Source of the DNA: Vicugna vicugna
Taxonomy: Eukaryota
Length of the DNA stretch: 64,000 bases
Direction of reading: 5' to 3'
Assembly: GCA_013265495.1 (NCBI GenBank)
Contig: MU058452.1
Coordinates: 1-64,000 of the forward strand
Shown here: in pieces, positions 53,589 through 64,000 of the stretch
How positions within the stretch are numbered: the first letter of the stretch is position 1
Layout of the letters: every line of letters begins with the position of its first letter
Program-made: the position numbers and the translations under genes
Notes under the pieces: generated by a model
Told to the model about the DNA's origin: nothing
The model's database searches: none
The model's input: the letters and a program-made list of their open reading frames with translations, nothing else

Positions 53589-53838
53589 TTCTACAGGGCA
53601 TTGGGCATATGCGTTCACTGCTAGAGGAAGGCTCAGAGAGAGAAGCATAGATAAGAGGCACAATGGGTGAATGGCAGGGATATGAGAGAGAGAAAATGCT
53701 ATCATCTGTCTGGTTCTAATTCTTGAAACCCTTGAAGATACATTATTAGTTACTTCCTTCAATCTGTGGATTATCCCAGTGTATAATTATTCAATGTAAA
53801 ATGTATAAAAATATCTGCTATAAAATAATTCAATCCAT

Positions 53839-54093
53839 ACAGATTTGTGGTTACCGGGGGTGGGGGGTAGAGTGTGGGAAGGGATAGACTGGAATTTCAA
53901 AATTGTAGAACAGATAAACAAGATTACATTGTATAGCACAGGGAAATATACACAAAATGTTATGATAAATCACAGAGAAAAAAATGTGACAATGAGTGTG
54001 TATATGTCCATGAATGACTGAAAAATTGTGCTGAACACTGGAATTTGACACAACACTGTAAAATGATTATGAATCAATAAAAAAATGTAAAAA
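53839..54093 (+). mobile_element. Young LINE-1 3' UTR fragment (255 bp)
   Basis: Perfect 17-bp TSD aaaataattcaatccat at 53822-53838 and 54094-54110; nearly identical to the 3' UTR at 21050-21270. Confidence 0.97.
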
Positions 54094-54649
54094 AAAATAA
54101 TTCAATCCATCTCCCTCCCCCTCTTCAAATAGTTTATATTGCATTTCTGAAAGGTTTTCAATTATTATGGCATTTTTCAGTTTCAGTTATATTTAGCAAA
54201 AAATATATCATTTCTCATCCTTAAAGAAGTGGATGTGATTAGTGGTGAAATGGGAAACAAAATAAAGCCTTGAAAGTATTTGCAGACCCATCAAGAGTGT
54301 TATTGAAAAACGTACTCATTTAAAGTAAATTAATCTAGAAATGTGGATGTCACTTTGACAGATAATTTGAAACCCCAAGTTATTCCTGAAGTGCTGTTAA
54401 GAATGAGAGCTTTAAGAACTGAACTTAGTCTAGTCTACTAGCTTCATACTTTTTGGAAGACTTTTCTGATATATAATTTTCTACATTCTGAGCTCTCAAC
54501 ATTAGTTTTTGAGACAAAAGAGAGAGTTCTGTCCCTCTAGGGATCTAAAGTGAAACAGTAGTAATGCTGATCAAAAGAGACTATTTTAAACCCAAAGAGA
54601 CTATTTTTATAGGAAACGCTACGCTCTCCCACCACTAAATACTACCTAT

Positions 54650-56545
54650 TGACTCACAGAGGAGTATCTTGCAAGTATACCCTCTATAAACAACATGAAC
54701 ATGGGAGACATTTATCCTGTTGCTACTTATCATTCTATTGGTGGAGAAAGGACCACATTCATTAGGTGCCAGATACAAGTCCAGAAATGGCAATGAAATT
54801 TCCGCTAGTGTATCAGAATTCTTTGAGTATTTTGGAAACAAAAGGAACTTCCTTAGTTAGATAAGATATCTACAAACATTTAAAGCAAAAATCATATTTG
54901 ATGTAAGAGATCAGGAATACTCCCTTCAAAGGGAGGAATAAGACAACAAATTCCCCTGTTACCCTCTCTAGATTCTTGGCAGCACACTACTTGCCTAGAC
55001 AGCGAGAAAAGGAAATATGAATCCCAATTATTGGGGATGAAAAAATCGTCATGATCATAGACGGTATAATTTGGGGGGATAGAAAAGGTAGAAGAATTTT
55101 GGAAATATGATAGAAGGTCAATAGTTAAATACAAGTAGCTAATTGTGCCCCTAACTATCAGCAAGGATTAATCTGAAAATGTATCCTTGAAAGGACTCCA
55201 TGCCCAATATCCATCTGGTGTCAAAGAATGAATTTAAGAAAATAAATGAACAACCTGTGTGGAGACTGTAATACTGGAAGAACACAAAACAGACTTAAAT
55301 AAATGGGGATATATTTCACAGATGGGAAAATTCCTAAAGAGATCAGTTATCCCCAAGCGACGCTAAAATATTCATTAAAACCTTACCAGGTTTTTGAGTT
55401 TTTTGGGTTTTTTTGTTTTGTTTTGTTTTTTTGTTTTTAGGGTTTTTTTCCTGGTGTTACAGAGTTAGTCAACGCATATGGAGCTAGCTCATGCATCTTG
55501 AAGAATCAGGGCCCAAAACAGCTCAGGTTGATTTTGAAGACAAAGAGTGAAGAAGCAGCAGACATCCATTGGATAAGGAATTATTTTAAAGCTATCACAT
55601 TCAGGATAGTGCTCTGGTGATAAACAGGTAATAGGATAAAGTCCCCAGAAACAGACCCATATAGACATGGAGAGCGGAAGAGTGGTGGTCTTACAGTGGG
55701 GAAAGGATGGGCTTTCCACCCAAAAGAAAATAGATACAGATATCTTATACATATACAGATACAAAAACCTTCAGATACTAAAATCACAAAGCAAAGCTTT
55801 AAAATTCTTAGACAAAAATGGAAGAGAATGTATTTATTACATCATGAGAGGAAATATTTTCTTAAACACAGGAAGTACCAGTCTTAAAAGGATTAATGAA
55901 TCTGATTAAATTAAACCAAAACCCTTCTATAAAAACTCTTCTCTTTGTTTATAGATACCCCCAAATATTTTTTAAGTGCTCCACTTTGAGATGACATGTT
56001 TTAACACTTGTAATTCATATCAAGAATGTATTAGAAAGTTCTACTAGTTCATCAAAGAGAAATAGTCCAGAGAAAAATGAACAAAGGGTATGAAAGGTCA
56101 ATCATGAGAGAAGAAATCTGAATCAACAATAAACATTGGGGAAAAAATGCACTCTTCCCCTTTGCTTGGTAATCAGGGAAATGCAGATTAAAATGACAAA
56201 GACAGGTTGTTTCAAAATCATCAGAGTGTCAAAAAATTAAAAAAAGAAGAATCCAGTATCACCAAATATTGGAGAAAATGTAAAGAAAAGGGAGTCTTCA
56301 TATACTGTTGTAGGACCTGTAAAATAGAACCATCCAGGTGAAGAATAATATGACAATATGTAACAAAGCTGAAATATGCAATCATTGTGATCAGCAATTT
56401 CACTCCTTTATGTATACAGAAGAGAAAACCTTTCCATGTGCATCACAGTGTATGATAGTGAATAACTGGAAATGACTTGAATGTGTATCGACAGAGGAAT
56501 GAATCAATATGGTTTATTCTGACAAGGAATATTATACAGCACTAA
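54650..56545 (+). mobile_element. Old degraded LINE-1 (L1M-type) ORF2 3' region
   Basis: Remnants such as agacttaaataaatgg, QWGKD in ORF 55667-55909, aatcagggaaatgcagattaaaatgacaa and ggaatattatacagca. Confidence 0.75.
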
Positions 56546-56589
56546 AAATGAGTAAGGTAGATCTCCCAGTAGTTCATCCATTTCTTACA

Positions 56590-56945
56590 CCCTCCATTCT
56601 CTCCTTCCACCACACTGGCTGCCTTCCGGGGATTTATATGAATGTTTCCTCTTTTTGGAACATTCTTTCCCCTAGATATCCTTGTGGTTCATTCCTGGGA
56701 TTTATTTGGTTTTCTGCTCTCATGCCACCTCCTCGGAAAGATCTTGTGTGAAGACACTATAGAACACTGCACCTCCCCGACCCATATCATCCTCTGACCT
56801 CCTGTATATGATCCTGGTCTTCTCTTCGCCCTACAAGAAGATAAGCTGCATGGGGGCACTTTGATTTGTTCACAACTGTAGCTCCCTTCCTAGAAGGGCA
56901 TCTGTCACTCAGGCGACAGTGGGTAAGTATCTGTTGAAGCCATAC
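56590..56945 (+). mobile_element. L2 3' fragment
   Basis: ccacactggctgcctt...tggaacattctttcccctagatatc...gccacctcctcggaaag...ttgttcacaactgta. Confidence 0.7.
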
Positions 56946-57619
56946 ATAAATGTCCGCGTACATTTGGAGGTTTCTGAGTTCCCTTCGTGTGATCCCCATA
57001 CTCTCTCACTCTCAGAGTTTTCTGTGGCATCAGACCCAGCAGACCTTCCTTTCTACAGCAAACCCTCTCCCAGGGCACTGGATGAGCAGAGAAATGAGGG
57101 GCTACAGGGGAGCCTGTGAAACCCTCCACCTTCTTTGCTCTTCCATAGCTTGCTCTCTGGGTCCTTCTGCAGGGCTGCAGTGCACGTGGACAAATGATTC
57201 ATCTAGGAACCAGGCTGTGCCCAGTCTGAGGGTCCTGGCTGATGGCACACATGGGAGCATGAGCAAGAGAAAAAGCATGTGATCAGATCCCAGTGAACTC
57301 GTCTGCTTCGCCATGAATGTTTTGCACTACCATTTATGTTGGAAATGATCATCAAAAGCCACAGCCTAGCATGATGCTAACATTCGAGGGTTGAGAACAG
57401 AGAGTCATTAAGTTTCAGACAAGAAGATGATGCTCAGTGACTGCTCTTCTCCAGGGGGTGTCCTTCAGGGCACTGCAGGGCAACTGCATCCCGGGAACCT
57501 CAAAGCCTCCTCGCCTCTCCTTTGACCAAGGGTTCCCCTCGTCTTCTCTGGGGTCGGCTGGAACTATGATCACCTTGTATTCTTAAGTTAAATCACTACA
57601 TTTTCCTTGAATTACTTGT

Positions 57620-57820
57620 GTTAGTGGAAATAATAGAGCCTCTGAGATCAGGTGGACCTGGGTTTGAATTGTGGCCACATCACTTTCCGATCATGCGGCC
57701 TCAGGGGAGTTGTTTAATTTTTCTTGATCATCCCTTTTTCCACCTATGTATCAGGGTTATAAACATCTCCCATCTCTGGGCTTTGGGGAGTGGATAAAAT
57801 GAAATAGCAGTTTTAAGATA
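57620..57820 (+). mobile_element. MIR SINE
   Basis: gacctgggtttgaattgtggccac...cactt...gttgtttaa. Confidence 0.6.
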
Positions 57821-58346
57821 CCACACTGGTTCAACCTGGACAAGTAAAAGCATACTTTCTGGTCCAGCCTACATCTTCCCTTTCTCTCTCTCTCTCGGGG
57901 TATTAATAATTCTTCTTAGATTAAATCACATGTGACTACATTTACATGAAAGTTACTTTTGCAAGACTGGTGCTTCGAGGACTTGGTGTTTCCCCAACTA
58001 GATGACTTCTTTCCAGCCACATGTGTGAGTGAAACTTACTAAGTGAAGAGCTAAGAATGAAACGGTCTGGGAAGAGAGCCTGCCGCTGGATGTGTGGGAT
58101 ATCCTTATCTGGCAGAGTCTTAAACAAAAAATTAAAAGCTTAAGTCTTCCTTCTGAGGGGTTTCATCACCACCAGTGTTCATCATCACACTGCTGTACCT
58201 CTATTAAACATCAACCAGTCTAGAAACTCCTAATCGAAAATGATTGCCTGACAACTAAGTGAAATGAACCAGACGATGGTCACTTACTTCATTTTGATGA
58301 ATAAGGACACTCACAATCATTAAAGGTTAATCTGAAGTAAAGAAGA

Positions 58347-58659
58347 TTAGGAATTTGGGATTACCAGTTGTACATTACTATATATAAAACAGATAAATTA
58401 CAAGGACCTACTGTATAGCCCAGGGAACTATATTCAGTTTCTTGTAAGGAGCTATAATGGAAAAGAATCTGCAAAAAAAAAATATATATATATATATATA
58501 TGTACGTATATGTGTAGCTAAATCACTTTGCTGTACACCTGAAACTAATATTGTAAATCAACTATGTTTCAATGAAAAGTAAAATTAAAAAACCAGAAAT
58601 TGACACATTGTAAACTGACTATACGTCAATAAAAGATAAGAAAAAAGAATAAAAAAAAA
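58347..58659 (+). mobile_element. Two stacked LINE-1 3' ends (58347-58592 and 58593-58659)
   Basis: caaggacctactgtatagcccagggaactatattca...tgtaaatcaactat, then ccagaaattgacacattgtaaactgactata plus A-tail; outer TSD taaagaaga. Confidence 0.88.
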
Positions 58660-59499
58660 TAAAGAAGAGTAAATCTTACTACCCTCCCTCATTTTTTTAG
58701 AGCCTCTGTATGAAGAATGATCATTCTTTTCTTTTCTAGTCTTAACCTGGCTGAGTTCTTTTCATCCGGAAGTTCCTCTGCTTGCTGTCCTTCAGGCTCG
58801 TGCTGTGGGGCGAGGTACACACACACGGGCTTGGTGGAACTGGACCTGGTTTCAAGTTGTGGCCCTGACACTTAATACATGTGTGACATCACCCACCTCC
58901 ACTCTGCAGTTTCGGAAACTGAGCCCCAGGGAAGTGAATACTGCCTTTGCCAAGGTCTTGGGAGGATTAAACCAGATAGCACCTGCAAAAGGTCTGGGAT
59001 ACACAAGGCACAAATAAGCAGCAGTAACTACTATTACTGTGTTCAAGCTCTCAACGGCTCTTCTCTCAGGAAAAGATGGGGAGGGGGAGCGATCACCCTC
59101 TGCCTCTTAATTTTTATTAAAGAAACAAAGCAACACAGCCAGCCTAACTCTGGTGCACGAGATCAAGGACTGTGGACCCCTGTGGACGAAGAGACTTTTT
59201 AGCAACTTACTATTTTTGAAGCATTGTTGAAGGGTATGTAGATACAGCCGTAGCTTGGTGAACAGGTTGGTAATCCTGATGCCCCAGTCTTTGCCTCCTC
59301 TTGTACTTTTGCCTTCACCTTGCTCTTTTCCATTGTCCTCCTTTTGCCTGCGGAAGGTCCGCCTCCTTCTTCAAGCAATTTGGGTTCCTTATCTATAGAT
59401 ATTGACATCTAACCTTCTTAAGATGGTTTTCCCTGGTTTAACCATCACTCCTGTACCATCTCTTAATCTCCCCTAACCTTTATGTCACCTTGACTAGAA

Positions 59500-59716
59500 C
59501 AGTGGTTCTCAAATGGGGGTTATTTTGCCCTCAGGGACATCTAGCAAATGTCCAGAGACATTCTTGGATTCTTGGTAGTCAAACTGACACTGCAAATGGT
59601 GTCCAGTGAGCAGAGGCCACGAAGGTTGCCACACATCCAGTGATGTGCGGGACAGCCTCCATCACAAAGAATTATTCAGCTTAAAATGTTAACAGTGCCT
59701 AGATTGAGAAACCTGG
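59500..59716 (+). mobile_element. MER20 hAT-Charlie MITE
   Basis: cagtggttctcaaatggggg...ttttgccc...agggaca...acaaagaattattcagc...ttgagaaacctg. Confidence 0.9.
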
Positions 59717-59719
59717 AGT

Positions 59720-59853
59720 TAGGGTAAATGCAGACTTTTCCAATCAAATCAGGACATCTTGGGGGTGAGAGATAACCCTCTTCACAGTTCAGCTTGGACA
59801 GGAGGTGTAAACTGGGACTAGTACTGAAGGCAGACAGGATCTGTGGTCCCCTA
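59720..59853 (+). mobile_element. MER81-like hAT-Blackjack MITE
   Basis: tagggt...caggaca...tgtaaactgggact...tgtggtccccta. Confidence 0.6.
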
Positions 59854-60042
59854 TCTTGAGATGGTTTTCTTTTTGACTGATAAAGTATTGTCTGTAAGTA
59901 TTATTTTAGTTTGCTTTCTTGACTTGCCTATGGCCTATGTTATCAGTTAGACTCTTAGCTACCCACAGAAGGAAGTGTAGCCTCTGCACTTCCCCCTCCT
60001 CCTTCTAGGACTTTATACAGAGCACTTACTTGATAAACCTTC

Positions 60043-60924
60043 AATAGGTACATGAAAAAAATGCTCAATATCACTAATTATCAGAGAAATGCAAATCAAA
60101 ACTACAATGAGGTATCACCTCACACCAGTCAGAATGGCCGTCATTCAAAAGTCCACAAATGACAAATGCTGGAGAGGCTGTGGAGAAATGAGAACCCTCC
60201 TACACTACTGGTGGGAATGCAGTTTGGTGCAGCCACTGTGGAAAACAGTATGGAGATTCCTCAAAAGACTAGGAATAGACTTACCATATGACCCAGAAAT
60301 CCCACTCCTGGGCATATATCCAGAAGGAACCCTACTTCAAAATGACACCTGCACCCCAATGTTCATAGCAGCACTATTTACAATATCCAAGACATGAAAA
60401 CAGCCTAAATGTCCATCAACAGATAACTGGATAAAGAAGAGGTGGTATATTTATACAACGGAATACTATTCAGCCATAAAAACTGACAACATAACACCAT
60501 TTGCAGCAATATGGATGTTCCTGGAGAATGTCATTCTAAGTGAAGTAAGCCAGAAAGAGAAAGAAAAATATCATATGAGATCACTCATATGGAATCTAAA
60601 ACAAAAAAATGAACATAAATTCAAAACAGAAACAGACTCATAGACAGAATACAAACTTGTGGTTGCCAACGGGGAGGAGGGTGGGAAGAGATAGACTGGG
60701 AGTTCAGAATTTGTAGATACTGACAGACATATGTAGAATAGATAAACAAGATTATACTGTATAGCACAGGGAAATATATACAAGATCTTGTGACAGCTCA
60801 CAGCAAAAAAAAATGTGACAATGAATATATATATGTTCGTGTATAACTGAAAAATTGTGCTGTACACTGGAATTTGACACAACATTGTAAAATGACTATA
60901 ACTCAATAAAAAATGTTTCAAAAA
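60043..60924 (+). mobile_element. 5'-truncated LINE-1 (ORF2 C-terminus, 3' UTR, polyA)
   Basis: ORF 60089-60397 [17 protein letters not shown]...CWRGCGE; premature stop; TSD aaaccttc at 60035-60042 and 60925-60932. Confidence 0.97.
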
Positions 60925-61399
60925 AAACCTTCTTGACTGACTGTACTTATTTATAATTTCTGTTCACAACTGGGTCTTTGACAAAACCTACTACAGCACT
61001 TTCAACAATCAATTATGTTAGACACCAAAAATGTGAGTGAAATGATGGAGAAGAATTCAACAAGTACCACTGCTCAGGATGTAGAGAAGATTCTACCTTC
61101 TGCGATATGTAATTCAATGAAATATACTAAGCAAGGTACAATCCCCTTAATTGGTACTCAGTTAAATTACTCATGTTTACTGGAAATGTTCTTATTGCAC
61201 AAATGTGCTTCTATTGAATCAGATACAGGTTTATTTTGAAAGCATGGTAATACACGTAAAATGAACGAAAATATAAAACATTCCCCAAATCCTACCCAGA
61301 AGTAGTAGATGTATAATAATGATTAGTTCTGTTTGTATTCCTAGTGCATATAACAGTCTAAAAATAATTCCAAGCCATTTAAATTTATTTCATACTCTT

Positions 61400-61706
61400 T
61401 TAAAATTATAGTACAGTCAGTGACAGAGTGTCAGTCTCCAGTGTGCAGCACAATGTCCCCGTCATGCATATACATACATATATTCATTTTCATATTTTTT
61501 CCATTAAAGGTTATTACAAGATATTGAACATAGTTCCCTGTAATTCACAAAAGAAACTTTTTTAAAAAATCTATTTTTATATATAGTAGCTAACATTTGT
61601 AAATCTCATAGTCCCAAATCTGTCGCCTCCCACCTCCTTTCCCCGGTGACCATAAAATTGTTCACTGAGTCTGCGAGCCTGTTTCTGTTTTGTAGGTGTG
61701 TTCATA
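61400..61706 (-). mobile_element. LINE-1 3' UTR fragment
   Basis: gttattacaagatattgaacatagttccctgt...; related to 29487-29716; flanked by tcatac on both sides. Confidence 0.88.
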
Positions 61707-61771
61707 TCATACATTTTTGAAGTATTGATTCTAGGGGATATTTGGAGTTACTCAGATGGTTAAAATCGGTT

Positions 61772-62130
61772 GGTATATGAGTTTTCCAGGGCTCTGTGAC
61801 AATGTACCATAGACTGGGTGGCTCAAAAAACAGGAATTGATTGTCTCACAGCTCTGGAGACAGACAAGTCCCAAATCAAAGAGTCTGCAGTTGTGGTTCT
61901 GTTCCAGGCCTCCCCCCAAGGCCCTGCGGATACATCTTCTCCCCATGTCTCCTCACATCCTCCCTCTACGTGGGTCTCTGTGTCCAAATCCGCCCTTTGT
62001 ATAAGGACAGCAGCATATTGGATTAGGATCCATCCTGTGAAGGCATCGTAACTCGAGTACCTCTAGGAATAAAGACCCTGTCCCAGATAAGGGCCTTTAG
62101 GACTTTAACACATGCCTTTAGGGAGGCCTA
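61772..62130 (-). mobile_element. MLT1B/C-like MaLR LTR
   Basis: gtaccatagactgggtggctcaaa...tctcacagctctggag...tataaggacagcagcatattggattagg. Confidence 0.85.
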
Positions 62131-63229
62131 ACTGATAATTAAGGAAATGCCATAAAGAGATTATAAGCTAACCTTGAATTTTGTAGAAAGAACTATTGTG
62201 TAATGCCTTGCTATAAAGAGAAAACTGGGGAGTCAATACAGCTTGGAGATATGTGATGACCACACATTATTGTAGACACTGGAAAATACATTCCAGTGGC
62301 TGATCCTCAAAAATATTGTATAGAACTTTTCTGAGGAAATCACATAGATGAAAATATTAATCTTTCTTCTGAATATCTCAAAATACTTTGCCTGCCTTGG
62401 ACTTATCTTTTTCCCCTCCCAAAATCTCTTGAGAGGGATATGGGACATCCTCCAGGTGCCGAAACTGAAATGTGTGGAAGGAAGACCATTTGTTGCACAC
62501 CAGCTTCACTTTCTAAAAGCAGAGCTTAATCTGCTCTCTGCATTTGGCTTTATTGGAGGTCTGTTTGCTTGACTGGTTAGAGCATGAAAAAGATTATGAG
62601 ATTCCAGGTTTGTTGATCTTTAAATGGATTGTGTTCACTAAATAAGCCAAGTAGGGGTGGATCTTGAGGGAAGCCCAAGGATATTCCAGGCTGGGACCTG
62701 AGTCAGGTGAGGGCTGTGGTGGCTTTCTCTCAGGGTGAAACACACCACAAAGCTGCTGCCTGCCTATGGCATCAGGATAGGAAGGGGAAATGGAAAAATC
62801 TATGCATATTTATATAAAGATACAGGCATAGATCTTTCAATTTCCTCTTCCTGTCCTCATGTGTGTATATATTACATTATAAAAATATATTCTGTAGAAA
62901 TATTATAAAATATGTATGTTTTATAGCTCTGTCTGTCTGTCTGAAAAGAATGGTGGACTGGGAGCTGGATTCCAGCCCCCATCCTGCCATTAAACTTCTA
63001 AGTGACTGTAGGCAAAGCCCTCAACCGCCTAGGCATCTGCTTTCTCAGCTGTAAGATCAGAATCTTAGCTTGGGTGCCAGGCAAGGCCCCCAGCAACATT
63101 AGAGTCTTAGGGCGGAGATTGTTCCAAATATTAAAAAGCAAAATTTACATGGTTACCCCCTAATGCTAAATCGGCCCTTAAAGAACAGTAATTCTGCCAC
63201 CTGGCCCTAACCTGGTCGTTACTACGACT

Positions 63230-64000
63230 TGGGGGATGGAAGGGGAGGGGAGTGTCAAGTGTTTTTCAAACAAATCGAAGAGTTCTGCAACACACCTAGC
63301 GCTCACCTCCTCTGGCCTGCCAGCTGCATCCTCCCTCCCCGCCCCTCCCCTCTCCTTCCCTCCCCTCCCCAGGCTCCACTCCTGGAATCCTCATCAGCCC
63401 CGCGGAGGGCTGGCCGGGACAGCCGCGGGTTTTAGGTTGTGAACTCCAAAAATGGGAGAGTGAAAAAGCCTCTGCACCCAGGGTCTGCCTCTTCTGAACC
63501 GTTTCGCCGATTGTTAAATGAAGGGAAGTGACAAGGAGCGGGGTCGAGGACTGGACTATTTAAACAGAGGCCCCTTTATCTGCTCCCCCCCACCCCCGCA
63601 GGGCAGCCACCGCAAGTTATCAGTGTCATTAACGGGGACAGCTGCTGGTAAACAAGGAGGATGTCGACACCAGCGCCTCGGTCAATAGGAATTTCACTTT
63701 AATCTGTCCCTTGCTTAAAGCAACACCCCTCTCTTTCTCTCTCCACCGTGCATCATTTATTTATCTCCGTCAACGTGCAGATAGACGGCTGGCATGGACT
63801 CCGGAAAGCCCGCTGGGACGGAAAATTAATAAGGTGCTAGGGACATTCACCTGAGGTCAATTGGAGGGGACGCGGAGGGAAGAGAAAACTCGCTCCGGAG
63901 TTCCCTGCTTAGCTGGAAACCGAGCCTACATATTTATAAAGGTGAAACTGGAGGGCTGCCAAGCGCCGGCATTTAAGTGATTAACAAATGTTTCTCTTTA
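63230..64000. promoter_or_regulatory. CpG-rich segment, probable CpG-island edge running off the window
   Basis: Roughly 35 CpGs in under 800 nt by eye, far above the window background; G/C tracts; no recognisable repeat. Confidence 0.6.

Noticed and set aside
1..64000. CRISPR arrays, operons, rRNA, numts or internal retroviral genes
   Set aside because: None seen: no regularly spaced repeats, and no gag/pol/env or mitochondrial-like sequence recognised.

Overview
Non-coding mammalian DNA, most likely from a camelid (alpaca, llama or camel). The evidence is two tRNA-Ala-headed SINEs of the Vic-1 type and cetartiodactyl-type L1 3' ends, with no Alu, Bov-tA or PRE-1 seen. I cannot support any host protein-coding gene. 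The only ORFs with recognisable homology are L1 ORF2 fragments and a decayed CR1/L3 reverse-transcriptase fragment. The window mixes young to old L1 3' fragments (several with target-site duplications), L2, MIR, MaLR/ERVL LTRs, hAT and Tigger MITEs and microsatellites with repeat-poor blocks. There are CpG-retaining patches near 30-31, 40, 48 and 63-64 kb, which look like regulatory territory. The most notable observations are: a duplicated 157-nt exon-like cassette (50.2/51.3 kb); a 126-bp locally templated insertion into an MLT1 LTR; an in-frame CR1 RT relic; and a tail-to-tail pair of ancient MIR-type SINEs. I found no convincing new biological system. Repeat family names come from remembered consensus sequences, and boundaries of old repeats are approximate.
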